A stretch of 64,000 bases of DNA from Histomonas meleagridis 2922-C6/04-290x. Lineage: Eukaryota > Protista > Parabasalia. The stretch lies in assembly GCA_020184695.1 (NCBI GenBank), contig JAANOX010000018.1:186001-250000 (forward strand), in the 5' to 3' direction. Under the pieces are notes generated by a model. It was given only the letters and a program-made list of their open reading frames with translations. It did not search any database and was not told where the DNA came from. The position numbers and the translations under genes were made by a program. Below are positions 19,360-31,851 of this stretch, piece after piece. Position 1 is the first letter of the stretch. Each line of letters starts with the position of its first letter.

Positions 19360-22300
19360 TTACTTAAGTAATTCTTCTGGGATCGAATCATATGTCAAGT
19401 TATCAGGATTGATAGGCTGTGATCCATATGGCTGCACGATGAGTGCAATATTCAGCACGCCTCCTTTCTTGAATCCGGAGAGTGGCTTCATCTTATACCA
19501 TCCAATTGATGGAACACCTAATTTGAGATCCTTTAGAGGCAACAACAATTCAGCAAACAGCTTGTCAAACTTAGGATTCTTATCTGCAAGTCTTAGCAAA
19601 AGTGTATCTTTTCGTTGGTCAGTCAAATAAAGAGTGAAACTTTCGAACCATTGAGGTGATTGTGTATCTCCCTTCGTTCTAGTTGTTTGATATCTTATAT
19701 CATTTTCAAGTTGTATTCTGCAATATGTATCATTCTTTGATAATTTATCTACACGTGGACAGTTAACGGCCTCCACAACGATAACTTGTAAACTTAACGG
19801 TTCGAACGGTTGTGGCACAAACGGTTTCTGTAATGGGGATGTCAGATGAGAAATAACATGAATCTCACCATGATTTCCTGAGAATTGATATCTATCATCG
19901 ACGATAGTACCGAACTTCATATTAATTAAAGGTATCATTAACTTAGCAACTTTCTTATCCTTTTTCTCAGGTTTATGCTCCATCAATTGAATCTTCACTT
20001 CATCAGTATTCAAACTGATAACGTTCAACGACATCAGATCGTTCCAGAGACCGTTTGTAGAGATTCTTGTCATAAATTTCTTTGAATTCTTTTGTTTCCT
20101 TAATGACACTATGCAGTAAGACATTCTATTCTTATTCATAATAATTCTTGAACCTTCAAGTATTCGTAAGTGTACTTGCATTTCTTCTGCTTCAGAAGGC
20201 ATTAATGGTATATTATTAAATGGTTCAACACCGAATTGAGTAATTTGATATTGTAATTTCATTTTACCAATTTTTTCTCCGAAGTTAATTTCTTTCTCTT
20301 GAACATTATTTAATTCGTTAACATTTAATTCTATTTCTTGAGGCTGAGTAATTTGATTATCTTTGTTATTAATAGAATGACTCATTAAATGAAGAAGTAA
20401 AGTGTTATTCATTGGTGACATTAAGAAGTGGAAGTCATCATTAATGTCACTCCTAATTGATGAGCATTGAGGTATTACATCTCCTTTAATCTTCATCATC
20501 AAATATGGCTCAGTAACATTCTTCAGTGGCGTTGTCGTTAATGCCTTAACATTTAATACAAATGGTATAAATGGATCATTAACAAATGACATCTTACCTG
20601 GACCTGCTAAATGTGTTAACAAATGTATTTGTCCTGGATTTCTAACTCTTGGTCCTGGTATTAAGTCATAGATTTTATCTTCTGGTACACCGCAAACAAT
20701 ATTTCTAATTGGTAATTCGATATAACCAATTAAGTCATCTTTCGATGCTGTGTCATAATCGAATACTGATATCTTTACAGAGTCAGTACCATATCCAGGG
20801 ACTTCGATATTAAAGTATTGATTCCATTTAGGATTTTTTGAGTTATCGATTGTTCGTGTCTTGAATTTCTTACCTGATAATGTTTCGATTGTACAATATG
20901 CATCTGATGCATTACCACCAGAATCCATTGAAGCCAAATTAATACATTCGATAAGTTTAATGTATAATGTAATGTTAGGATTCATCATTTGGATAACTTC
21001 TTCTCTAAAGTCTAAGAATGGTTCTGTTCCATATGGTACAACTTGTAAACGAATATTAATTTTATCTTTGTTATTATCCATTGTATACCAATCAGAATAA
21101 GTTTTACCAATTTGGAATTCATTAAGTTTAAAGCTCTTCTCTGATATAAGTCGTGTTGTAGGTGGTGCATAATCTCTAAGTTCTAATGTTAATAAATCTA
21201 ATTGTGGATCATTTAATAAAACAGTAAATGTTTCATACCATTGTGGTGCTGAAGTATCTGATAAATATCGTGTCTTAGCACCTGTTAATGGAATACCATT
21301 TAATTTAGCATGAACTAATGGATCATATTTAGACACTACATCTGATGCACGTTTCTCTAAAATAGCTTCATTAATCTTAAGATGTAATTGATATAATTGT
21401 AATGGTTGTGGTACAAATGGTACCATTCCTGGCCCTGTTACATGAGATCTAATATGAACTTTACCTTGTTTAAGATTATACCATTTATCTTCGATTTGTC
21501 CATTAGATAATGATTTAATTGGTATTGTAATTTCACCAATTTTTTCATCTTTTGTAACAACATCATAATCGCGAATTGTGATCTTAACTATATCATCATC
21601 AAGGCATTGAATTGGGATATGTGAAACATAATTCCATTGTGGATTTAATGTCTTACGGATAACTGGTGAATAAATTTTAGTGTTCTTACGATGTCTAAGT
21701 TTAATTTCACAATATGGATCTGATGAACGATTTACATCACAGACTGGTAAATTAACAGCTTCGATTAAATGTAAATGTAACATTAATTTCTCAAATACTT
21801 GTGGTGGTGGTGGTTGACCAAATTGATAATCAATAAATGCTTCTTGACCCATATTTAATATTTGACCGAAACATTTAACTTTATCATTAGATAAATCAGT
21901 GATTTGACCAAATTGCATTTTATCGATTGGAATAATTGTATCGAATACTTTCTTAGGCTCTTTCTTTTCTTTTAATGGACGAGGAATTTCATAAGCAGTT
22001 AATAAAAGTTTATCTTTTGTAGAATTAGTTAAGAAGATTGGGAAGTTCTCTTCCCATATTTGTATTGGTTGATTAATTGTAGAAACACCATAAATATCTT
22101 TCTTAAGTTGTACACGGAAGAACATATCATTTTCTGTTTCTTTAGGATCTATCATACTTGATAAATGGAAATGTAACATTAATGGTGTGAATAATTTTTC
22201 GATAAATGGTGTTTCATTAGGAGAAGTTAATTGATATTTAATTTTAACTTCGGCTCTTTTCTTTGGTACTTTACCAGGTTTATAATGATATAAATCGACC

Positions 22301-25300
22301 CATTGATCATAAACTTTACCAAATTGTAATGATCTAAATGGTATTAAACATTCGGAATTACAATAATTCTTACCAGCTGCAGTTGGTTCCATTAATCTTA
22401 ATAAGAATGTATCAGTGTTTAAGCTTTTAGGCTTGAATTTAAAGTATTGATTGAAATATGGATTAGAAAATCCATCGACTTCTCTTGATTTTTGTTTTGT
22501 CTTTTTACCATGTCCAAGTAATTCCATATTATAATATAATGAAATATAATTGAAATTCATTTTAGGTTGTAAGAATTTAGCTTCAATTAAATGGAAATTA
22601 AACATTAATTGAGGATCTGATGGTAAATACTTAATTTTATGTGGTGCTTCATATGCTTTCTTACCAAGTGTATCAATATGAATTATTAAATGCATTTTTC
22701 CTTTTAATTCTTTCCCATCTTTACTTAAATCATAGTAATCATCATAAACAAAATTAGGTTCAAATTGTGAAAGTGGTAATTCACATTGTGTACATAAAGT
22801 TGATTTAACATCACCACTATAAATTTGTACAACTAAAATATCTTCTTTTTCATTATTAAGTGCAAATTTATTGGAAAACTTCATTATAGGTGTCATTGAA
22901 TAACCATTAAGTCGTGATGTAGATTTACTTATGTCACCTTTAATGAAACATTTAAATGCTATTTGTGTACGCTTATCAATAAAACCAAATGCATCATGTG
23001 CATTTACATATAAATAATGTGTTCTAAATTGATAATCTCTAAATAATGGTTGATTATAATCAGTGACTTGTGATATAATATGTATTTCACCATTAGATAC
23101 TTTCTTCCATTCATCTTTAATTATACCATTACCCATTTCACTAACTTTATAAGTAATTGTACAAACTTTATCATCTTTAGATACTTTATCATGATCATAA
23201 ATAACTACTTTAATTATATCAGTATTAAAACTTTTAATTGGAATATGGAACATATGATTAAATACTGGATTTAATGAATTAGGTACTACACGAGTAATTC
23301 CTAAATAACGCTTTTGTTTATTTAGTTTCTTTCCTTTAATTCCAGTTTTAGTTGTATTAAGTGGAAATACTTTACAATATGCATCAATTGATTTATTTTT
23401 ACCAACATCTACACGTGGTAAATTACGTGCTTCTTTAATATAAATATGAGCAAATCTTTGATTAGCACATACAAATGGTACAAATGTTGGTAAATTAAAT
23501 GTAAATTGTGTATTAATTGGTAATATATTTATCATAATTTTAACTTTTCCATTAACTTCTCCTGTTAATTCTATTTCTTTTTCTAATGGTTGATTAAGTT
23601 GGAATTGACTTAATGCTATATAACCTGTAGAAACTGGTTTTGATAATATAATATTATCTTGTTTATAATGTTTGTTTAATACAATTTTAATTTTATCTTG
23701 TGTTGGATCTACTAATAATATTTTAGTTTCGAAATTAATTACACCTGATTCAATTATATTAGAAATAATTGGCTTATTATCATATTCATGTGATACTTCA
23801 CAATAAAATTCTCCTTCTTCTTGTTTAGAGAATTCTAAATTATTTAATCTAAGATGTGCTTCAAATGGTATAAATGGTTTTTGTACATATGGAACATCAC
23901 CAGTATTAGCTAAATGATATAATATATGTAATCTTCCACCTTTACTACCTTTAAATGGTTGCATATCAATCCAACGATCATTGATTATACCAGGTTCAAT
24001 AGATCTTAATAATATATTAGTAGAAGATATTGGATCATCTTTCGATATTTTATCTTGATCCATTATCGTAATCTTAAATTCATCAGAATTCAAACTTAAA
24101 ACTTTAAATCGAAAGTCTTGATTCCATCTTGGATTAAGAGAATTATCAATTACACGAGTCTTTTGTATTGTATCTTTCTTACCAATAAATTCCATAATAC
24201 AATAACCATCACTACCAGTAGCATCTAATGCAGGAATATCTTTAGCTTCTAATACCTTAACACATAATTCCATTGATTGACATGGAGATGGTGCAGGTTT
24301 AGGTATAGGAATTCCAGTAAATGGTTGAACTGATTGAACATCAATATGAATAATTAATCGAATCTTACCTCCATTCTTATAAGATTTTTCTGGCTTTAAG
24401 TCATACCATTCATCATATACATAACCAAATTGGAAATTCGATAAAGGTAATTCTAATGAAGCAAATGTTACATCTTTAACATTACCTTCATCTTTCATTA
24501 TTAATTTAAATGAATCTCTCATATCAGTAATTAATAACTTATAATTAGCAAACCATTGTGGTGTTAATGTATTATCTAATACATTAGTCTTTAATGGTGT
24601 AACATCATTAGATAAATTAAAGACACAATAAGGATCTGTTTTGCTGACATCTGTCTTAGGTATATCCATAGCTTCAGCTATACAAACATTAAATACATTA
24701 GGACTAAATGGATTTTCAACAAATTTAGGTGTATTAGGTGCAGCTAAATGTACTATTAAATGTACTGAAGTTTGTGTACCTCTAACATTCATTCTAAGTG
24801 CATAATATTTATCTTCAGGGATACCTGGTTGTAAACTTTTAATTGGTAATTCTAGTTTACCAATTTTATCATCTTTACCAAACTTATCATAATCATACAT
24901 ATTTAAGATAAATACATCAGTAGAATAACTTTTGATTGTGAATTCGAATTCTTGATTCCAACTTGGAGTTAAAGTCTTATATTTGATCTCAGTCTTCTTT
25001 TCATTCTTTCTCTTCTTAAGTTTAACTTTACAATATGGATCACACATTCCACTATTATCTAAACCTGGGATACCTTTAGCATCCAAAAGTTTAACATATA
25101 ATGTCATTTCATCATTAACTGGTGGTGGTAAACCTATATCTGCATAAGGCATTAAATTAGGTGCACTTAATTGTACATAAAACTTAAGATTACCTTTGTT
25201 AGTTAAGCTAATAGTTTTCTCTGTTGTTTTACCATATTCAAGTGAACTTAATGGGAATTCTCCTGTACCAATAACAGAAACTTTATTCTTAAATGTGTTC

Positions 25301-28300
25301 TTATGTTCAAAGTATAATATATCTTCTTTAGGATCAGTAACTAAGAAATAGAAATCTTGATTATATTTAGTATTAAGTAAGTTATGTTTTGTAGAACTAT
25401 TTTGTGAATTTGTATCATTCTTAAGTTTAATTGAGAACATTGAATCAATATTCTTATCTTTACATTGAGCATTTTCAACATCTACAAGTCGAACATTTAA
25501 TTGATAAGGGATAAATGGTTGATCAACATAAGGAACTTGACCAGGTGCAGTAATTTGATATTTCATTTCTAATAATCCTCCTTTACTATGACCATGTAAT
25601 GGAGTTAAATTAAATTTACCATATTGTGTAATACCTGGTGGAATTGAAGCTAATGGAATATCTAAGAATGATATTCGATCATCTTTACCTACTGCATCGA
25701 AATCATAAAGTTCGATACGTAATACATCTGATCCATAACTAATAATTTGTAATCGAAGTTGATCATCCCATTTAGGATTAAGTGTATTATCAATTCGACG
25801 ACTTAATACGAAATTCTTTTCTCTTCCTACAAATGAGACTTTACAATAAGGATCTGCTTTACCATTAGCATCTACTGATGGGATATTAGATGCTTGAATT
25901 AAATGTACTTGAATTTCAAGTTTGTCTCCTGGTGGTAATGGAGGTGGAGGTACTATAATACCTTTCCATGCAGGTGTACCATAAGGTGCTACATGAATTC
26001 TTAATTTAATTTGTCCTCCTTTCTTTACACCTTTAGCAGGTTTAATATCAAACCATTTATTATAGATATAACCAACTTTAAATTCAGTTAATGGCATTAT
26101 TAATGTTCCCATATCTTCATCTTTAACTTTATCATGATCACGTAATAATATCTTTAAAGAGTCTTTTTGATATGAAGTAATAATCATTGAATACATTTCT
26201 TCCCAAGTTGGAGTTAATGTATTATATTTTGTTTTAGTTTTAATTGGTATTGAATCATCACCAACAGAAATTAAACAATAAGGATCACTTAATGAGCCAA
26301 TATCCATTTTAGGTAAATCTTTAGCATCTGATACAAAAAGATTTAACATATAAGGAACAAATGGATTTTGTTGAAATGCTACTTGATTAGCATCAGCTAA
26401 ATGAATTATCATATGAACAAGTCCTCCTTTTTTAACACCTTTATAAGGGATAAAACTATACCATTGTTCATTTACAACACCTGGTTGTAATGTAGATACA
26501 GGTAAATCTAAATAACCAATTTTATCATCTTTACCTATATCATCATGATCAATTAATGATATTTTTATAGTATCTGTACGAATACTTTTAATTTCTAAAT
26601 GGAAATCTTGATACCAAACAGGATTTAATGTCTTCTTAATAACTCTAGTCTTAAATTGTTTATCTTTAGGACGATTTACAAATTTGATTTTACAATATGG
26701 ATCACTTTTACCATTAGGATCCATAGCAGGAACATCAGTAGCTTCAATAATACGAATATTTAATGTAACTTTATCACTAATCTTTTCGATTGGTTGTAAT
26801 GGAGGTAATCCTTGGAATGGTTGTTTACCATATTCAACTAAATTAAATGAAACATTAATCTTAGCTTTAGTCTTTGGTAAATCAAGTGATTTATCGACAA
26901 CTGTACCCATCTTAAAATCATTCGGAATTAATATACTTGAAACTTCTTTATCATTCTTTTTAAGAGTAAACAATGATATCTTAAATTTATCACTAAGTTG
27001 TGTAACTGGGAAATATAATTCTTCATTCCATTTATTTTCAGATCGAACACAAGTAGCTTGATAAGAAGAATCATTTTCATATTGTAATCTAAAGTATGAT
27101 TCATCACCAACATTTTTACCATCTTTAATGCGTACATATAAAACTGGATAAGTGAATAAACTTTCTACAAATGGTTGATCTTGTTTTCGAGCTAAATGTA
27201 ACATTAAGTTTAATTTACCATTCATTTGACATGAATTTCCAACAATACAAAACTCAAATTCTTTAGATTGTCCTGGAATTAATGTTCTAATTGGAATATC
27301 TACAAATCCAATTTTATCATCTTTACCTGCTATATCATGATCTTTAACTTGAATAGATAATACATCGGATGATAAACTTAATACATTTAAAGCAAAGAAT
27401 TCATTCCATATTGGATCTAAATCACTATCTACAACTGTAGTTCTTTTTTCACCTTTTTGTCCTTTAATTGATAAAATACAATAACCATCACAATAACCAT
27501 TTGAATCCATTGGTGGTAAATTAATAGCATTCATTACGCCGACATAAAGTGTATAACCTTTATCAAATGGTTTTAATGGTTCTTGTGGTGGCTTCTTCTT
27601 TTCTGCTGAACCTGTTTTAGGTTTCTTTGATCTTCGTTTATATAAATAATATTGTGATTCTTGTAATGGTGTAAAAACTAATCCTTGGAATGGCATTTGT
27701 CCAACAGGTAATGCTTGAAGGAATATATGTATTTTACCTGCATAATCTAAACCTTTAACAGGTGTCATATCAAGCCAATATTCTTTAGGCATACCATCAA
27801 CTAATGGCTTTAAGTCTAATTCTGTTGTCCCTATTTTCTTTTCTGTTGTTACATCTTTATCAAGTAATTCAATTTGAAGTTTATCTTTTGCTAAATCAAA
27901 GCCAACAAATGATATACATTCATTCCATACTGGCCAAAATGTATCTTCTCTAACATTTGTTCGTTTCCATGTCTTATCAAAGTTTAACTTTAACTTACAA
28001 AATGGATCTGTTTTACCAAATGTATCCATCTTAGTTATATCAGCACCTTCAAGTACTTGCACGAACAAATTAAAAACTGAGAAATATGAATCTGTAAATG
28101 GTATAGCACCTGGACATGCAATATGATATAATAAATGTAATGATCCTGTTTGTCGTTGTCCATTATATAATGTAACCCATTGATCCATAACTTTACCATA
28201 TCCCATATCTGTTGCTGCTATTGTAGCTTTACCTATAATATCATCTTTTCCGACTGCATCATGATCATAAACACTAAATACAAATTGGGATTCACCAATA

Positions 28301-29280
28301 TTAGGGATATCAAACACAAATAATTCATTCCAACGTGGATTCAAATTCTTTGGTACTATTCTTGTCTTCTTTTTATTCTTTTCATCATTTAACTTATGAA
28401 TAGTACAATAAGGATCTGATGTACCTGTTACATCAAGTGCCTTAAGATCACGTGCTGCTATAACTCGTATATATGCTTGAAGGGATTCAGCAGCTGGTAA
28501 TGGATCATAAACTTCACCAGCAAATGGTACATCCCTTGGTGTAATCACATGAAGTGCTAAACGGATTTGACCGACTTTCTTACCATCATTAATAAGATCA
28601 AACCAGTCTTTTTTGATTACGCCGATTCGAAGTGTATTCAAATTAACGGTCGCCTTTGAATTAGCGGTAACTCCAGACTTCAAATTTATGGTAAGCGTAG
28701 TGCTTTGCCAATTGCATGTACAAAAGCATGTCTCTTCTTCCCATATGATACGGTCAGCTGGCTTTACTGCAGATGTCTTTTGGAAAGATTTATTATCAAT
28801 TGTTAAATCACACTGAAGTTTGCCCGATGGTTTTTGATCTAACTTGGCTTCAATAACACGAACATATGTTAGATAAACATTAAATGGACGGACTACAAAA
28901 GGTGTGTCAGACTCTTCAGCAAGATGAATGATAAGATGGATTTTAGGAACTTTGGATGTACTCATAGTTTTACAGACATCATACCATTGATCAGTAACAA
29001 TACCAGGAGATAAGAATTTAGGTGCAATTTGATAATAACCAATTTTATCATCTTTGCTTACTTTATCATGATCAAATAACTCAACTGTGAGGATATCTGT
29101 TTCAAAGTTTACTACTTTGAAATGGAAATCATTTCTCCATTTAGGAGTTAAAGAATTTTCAATTGTTCTTGTTTTTGCTTTTTGGTCACCAATCCTGAGT
29201 GCGCAATATCCATCACAAGATCCACTTGCATCGACTACTGGGAGATCTTTAGCTTCGATTACCTTAACATGTAGCAACAT
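19360..29280 (-). CDS. Giant multi-C2-domain protein (about 24 C2 domains, 3306 aa)
   Basis: Repeated C2 signatures (LHVKVIEAKDLP..D..G..D.YC, NP.WN..F.F, ..D.D...DD.IG) about every 135-145 aa; no hydrophobic anchor seen. Confidence 0.92.
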   Translation of the reverse strand: MLLHVKVIEAKDLPVVDASGSCDGYCALRIGDQKAKTRTIENSLTPKWRNDFHFKVVNFETDILTVELFDHDKVSKDDKIGYYQIAPKFLSPGIVTDQWYDVCKTMSTSKVPKIHLIIHLAEESDTPFVVRPFNVYLTYVRVIEAKLDQKPSGKLQCDLTIDNKSFQKTSAVKPADRIIWEEETCFCTCNWQSTTLTINLKSGVTANSKATVNLNTLRIGVIKKDWFDLINDGKKVGQIRLALHVITPRDVPFAGEVYDPLPAAESLQAYIRVIAARDLKALDVTGTSDPYCTIHKLNDEKNKKKTRIVPKNLNPRWNELFVFDIPNIGESQFVFSVYDHDAVGKDDIIGKATIAATDMGYGKVMDQWVTLYNGQRQTGSLHLLYHIACPGAIPFTDSYFSVFNLFVQVLEGADITKMDTFGKTDPFCKLKLNFDKTWKRTNVREDTFWPVWNECISFVGFDLAKDKLQIELLDKDVTTEKKIGTTELDLKPLVDGMPKEYWLDMTPVKGLDYAGKIHIFLQALPVGQMPFQGLVFTPLQESQYYLYKRRSKKPKTGSAEKKKPPQEPLKPFDKGYTLYVGVMNAINLPPMDSNGYCDGYCILSIKGQKGEKRTTVVDSDLDPIWNEFFALNVLSLSSDVLSIQVKDHDIAGKDDKIGFVDIPIRTLIPGQSKEFEFCIVGNSCQMNGKLNLMLHLARKQDQPFVESLFTYPVLYVRIKDGKNVGDESYFRLQYENDSSYQATCVRSENKWNEELYFPVTQLSDKFKISLFTLKKNDKEVSSILIPNDFKMGTVVDKSLDLPKTKAKINVSFNLVEYGKQPFQGLPPLQPIEKISDKVTLNIRIIEATDVPAMDPNGKSDPYCKIKFVNRPKDKQFKTRVIKKTLNPVWYQDFHLEIKSIRTDTIKISLIDHDDIGKDDKIGYLDLPVSTLQPGVVNEQWYSFIPYKGVKKGGLVHMIIHLADANQVAFQQNPFVPYMLNLFVSDAKDLPKMDIGSLSDPYCLISVGDDSIPIKTKTKYNTLTPTWEEMYSMIITSYQKDSLKILLRDHDKVKDEDMGTLIMPLTEFKVGYIYNKWFDIKPAKGVKKGGQIKLRIHVAPYGTPAWKGIIVPPPPLPPGDKLEIQVHLIQASNIPSVDANGKADPYCKVSFVGREKNFVLSRRIDNTLNPKWDDQLRLQIISYGSDVLRIELYDFDAVGKDDRISFLDIPLASIPPGITQYGKFNLTPLHGHSKGGLLEMKYQITAPGQVPYVDQPFIPYQLNVRLVDVENAQCKDKNIDSMFSIKLKNDTNSQNSSTKHNLLNTKYNQDFYFLVTDPKEDILYFEHKNTFKNKVSVIGTGEFPLSSLEYGKTTEKTISLTNKGNLKFYVQLSAPNLMPYADIGLPPPVNDEMTLYVKLLDAKGIPGLDNSGMCDPYCKVKLKKRKNEKKTEIKYKTLTPSWNQEFEFTIKSYSTDVFILNMYDYDKFGKDDKIGKLELPIKSLQPGIPEDKYYALRMNVRGTQTSVHLIVHLAAPNTPKFVENPFSPNVFNVCIAEAMDIPKTDVSKTDPYCVFNLSNDVTPLKTNVLDNTLTPQWFANYKLLITDMRDSFKLIMKDEGNVKDVTFASLELPLSNFQFGYVYDEWYDLKPEKSYKNGGKIRLIIHIDVQSVQPFTGIPIPKPAPSPCQSMELCVKVLEAKDIPALDATGSDGYCIMEFIGKKDTIQKTRVIDNSLNPRWNQDFRFKVLSLNSDEFKITIMDQDKISKDDPISSTNILLRSIEPGIINDRWIDMQPFKGSKGGRLHILYHLANTGDVPYVQKPFIPFEAHLRLNNLEFSKQEEGEFYCEVSHEYDNKPIISNIIESGVINFETKILLVDPTQDKIKIVLNKHYKQDNIILSKPVSTGYIALSQFQLNQPLEKEIELTGEVNGKVKIMINILPINTQFTFNLPTFVPFVCANQRFAHIYIKEARNLPRVDVGKNKSIDAYCKVFPLNTTKTGIKGKKLNKQKRYLGITRVVPNSLNPVFNHMFHIPIKSFNTDIIKVVIYDHDKVSKDDKVCTITYKVSEMGNGIIKDEWKKVSNGEIHIISQVTDYNQPLFRDYQFRTHYLYVNAHDAFGFIDKRTQIAFKCFIKGDISKSTSRLNGYSMTPIMKFSNKFALNNEKEDILVVQIYSGDVKSTLCTQCELPLSQFEPNFVYDDYYDLSKDGKELKGKMHLIIHIDTLGKKAYEAPHKIKYLPSDPQLMFNFHLIEAKFLQPKMNFNYISLYYNMELLGHGKKTKQKSREVDGFSNPYFNQYFKFKPKSLNTDTFLLRLMEPTAAGKNYCNSECLIPFRSLQFGKVYDQWVDLYHYKPGKVPKKRAEVKIKYQLTSPNETPFIEKLFTPLMLHFHLSSMIDPKETENDMFFRVQLKKDIYGVSTINQPIQIWEENFPIFLTNSTKDKLLLTAYEIPRPLKEKKEPKKVFDTIIPIDKMQFGQITDLSNDKVKCFGQILNMGQEAFIDYQFGQPPPPQVFEKLMLHLHLIEAVNLPVCDVNRSSDPYCEIKLRHRKNTKIYSPVIRKTLNPQWNYVSHIPIQCLDDDIVKITIRDYDVVTKDEKIGEITIPIKSLSNGQIEDKWYNLKQGKVHIRSHVTGPGMVPFVPQPLQLYQLHLKINEAILEKRASDVVSKYDPLVHAKLNGIPLTGAKTRYLSDTSAPQWYETFTVLLNDPQLDLLTLELRDYAPPTTRLISEKSFKLNEFQIGKTYSDWYTMDNNKDKINIRLQVVPYGTEPFLDFREEVIQMMNPNITLYIKLIECINLASMDSGGNASDAYCTIETLSGKKFKTRTIDNSKNPKWNQYFNIEVPGYGTDSVKISVFDYDTASKDDLIGYIELPIRNIVCGVPEDKIYDLIPGPRVRNPGQIHLLTHLAGPGKMSFVNDPFIPFVLNVKALTTTPLKNVTEPYLMMKIKGDVIPQCSSIRSDINDDFHFLMSPMNNTLLLHLMSHSINNKDNQITQPQEIELNVNELNNVQEKEINFGEKIGKMKLQYQITQFGVEPFNNIPLMPSEAEEMQVHLRILEGSRIIMNKNRMSYCIVSLRKQKNSKKFMTRISTNGLWNDLMSLNVISLNTDEVKIQLMEHKPEKKDKKVAKLMIPLINMKFGTIVDDRYQFSGNHGEIHVISHLTSPLQKPFVPQPFEPLSLQVIVVEAVNCPRVDKLSKNDTYCRIQLENDIRYQTTRTKGDTQSPQWFESFTLYLTDQRKDTLLLRLADKNPKFDKLFAELLLPLKDLKLGVPSIGWYKMKPLSGFKKGGVLNIALIVQPYGSQPINPDNLTYDSIPEELLK

Positions 29281-29613
29281 CAGAGGAAAAATGCAAGTCG
29301 GTTAAATCAATTGAAAACACGTATTTTCTGAAGCGGTTTGGGAAAAGATTCAAAACACTATTTTCACTCAGAAATACGAAGAAAAGTAAAAATATGACAA
29401 TGGCTTCAATAAAAAATTTTTTATTTTATGTAATAATTATATCTCATCTTTGTTTTATGCTTTTGATTGGTTATGATGGCTAAATATATTTTCGAGGCTG
29501 CGATATTTCTATTTATTTTTTGATGCCGTTTTGAATCAATGTTTTAAGGTTCGAACTCTAAAAAGTGGTGTAAAGTTATCAAAACATCCAAAACCTCGTG
29601 AAGTGAAGAAATG

Positions 29614-30090
<477 letters not shown>

Positions 30091-30637
30091 GAAATGGTAT
30101 GATTTTTTTGAAAAATATCACAATTCAAAAGATAATGTTATGAAATCTCATTGGTTTCTAATGTGAATGGTTGTTTCAAAATATTAAAAAAAGGATTATT
30201 TTTATTCCATCATCATGGGTTCGTACAGAGAAAATATCTTAAATTCTTCGTCTAACAAATATAAATCTGTTTTATGTGAGAGTTGATATGTATGTCGATT
30301 CTATAGCACTGAAAAGTTTCCGGAAACCATATAAATATTATTATATCTCATATGAAGTAAGCTCTGAGAAGGGTGAACATTCGCAGAAACCTAAAACACC
30401 AAAATGAAGAATCATAAATGACATTTATTCAATTTTGAACAATTTTAAACTTGAATTTTTTTTGTCACATATGAAAAAGCGGTTGAAAACGATCACGGTT
30501 TTCATAAAAAAAATTGAGTGCATTATCATGTTAACAACATTTTTGAAAGCATATTTGAATATAATTGGGATTTTTCAGTTCCATAACGATTTTTTTGTCT
30601 TGAAAATTTAAAGTGAAAAAATTTCAAACAGCTTTGA

Positions 30638-31849
30638 ATGTCTGGTCGAGAACGTATCCCGAAAACAATTCGGCAGTACGAGCTGCAGAATGTCATAGGA
30701 AGAGGCTCATTCTCAGTTGTTTTCAAAACGCTTAATGTTTTGAATCAAAAAATATATGCATGTAAAGTATTTTCAAGATCTCAGATCACAGAAAAAAGCG
30801 ATTTAGATAGATTCCAACGAGAAATCAATGCAATGGCATATATTCGTCATGAAAACATTGTTACGTTGCATGATTTTTTATGGGATGAACATAATTTTTA
30901 TTTAATTATGGACTTTTGTCCCGGTGGTGAGCTTTACCAATACATGATCCAGCATGGTAAACTCTCAGAACCGGATGCAGCTCTAATATTTCGACAATTT
31001 GCTTCTGCTATAGCATGTTGTCATTCATACGGAGTTGCACACAGAGATCTCAAGCCCGAGAATATTCTCATTGATGTTTTCCCACGTGTTAAAGTCAGTG
31101 ATTTTGGTCTTTGTGGGTACATTGCCAAAGAAATCAACATGCAAACATTTTGTGGCTCACCATGTTATTGTAGTCCCGAATGTTTATGCAAAGTCTCATA
31201 TGATGGTCGTCTTGCTGATGTTTGGAGTCTCGGTGTAATATTATATACAATGGTTACAGGTAATAATCCATGGAATATCTCAAACACATCAATCATGATT
31301 CACCAAATCCTTAAAGGATCATACACAATGCCTCGTTATGTCTCAGATCAATGCGCAAGCCTCATCAAAATGATGCTTCAAGTTAACCCCCAAAACCGTT
31401 ATACGATGGCGCAAGTTTTGGAGCACCCCTGGCTCCGAGTTGGCGATGAATCAGCGTATGCGTCTATGGAACATCCTCCTGATATTGGGGGTGAGAACAA
31501 CTCTTGCGCACAACCAATTCCATTATCAATAATCTCACAATTGTCTAAGAAACAAAGCAAAGTTTCACATGACGGAGTATTTTCGCCATTTGAAGACGAA
31601 GGAATTGGTAATAACCAAATACCACAAAGAGCTGAGCCAAGGTTATGTCTGAAGGACGGAATGTTGGGCAAAGTTCGCTCGGAAAATACACTTCGAAGAA
31701 GTGCAGCGATCGGACAGACGCAGAGAATACAGAAAAAGGCGAACAGAAGAGTGATGTCGAGGCAGAACGTTGTCCAGTTGCTGATGCCGAACGCATATCC
31801 GACACAGAGAAATAACAGCTTGCCAAAGATACTTTACACGTTCGCATAG
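30638..31849 (+). CDS. CAMK-group (SNF1/AMPK-like) Ser/Thr kinase
   Basis: GRGSFSVV, YACK, HRDLKPEN, DFG, TFCGSPCYCSPE, DVWSLG; basic C-terminal tail. Confidence 0.95.
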   Translation: MSGRERIPKTIRQYELQNVIGRGSFSVVFKTLNVLNQKIYACKVFSRSQITEKSDLDRFQREINAMAYIRHENIVTLHDFLWDEHNFYLIMDFCPGGELYQYMIQHGKLSEPDAALIFRQFASAIACCHSYGVAHRDLKPENILIDVFPRVKVSDFGLCGYIAKEINMQTFCGSPCYCSPECLCKVSYDGRLADVWSLGVILYTMVTGNNPWNISNTSIMIHQILKGSYTMPRYVSDQCASLIKMMLQVNPQNRYTMAQVLEHPWLRVGDESAYASMEHPPDIGGENNSCAQPIPLSIISQLSKKQSKVSHDGVFSPFEDEGIGNNQIPQRAEPRLCLKDGMLGKVRSENTLRRSAAIGQTQRIQKKANRRVMSRQNVVQLLMPNAYPTQRNNSLPKILYTFA

Positions 31850-31851
31850 AT

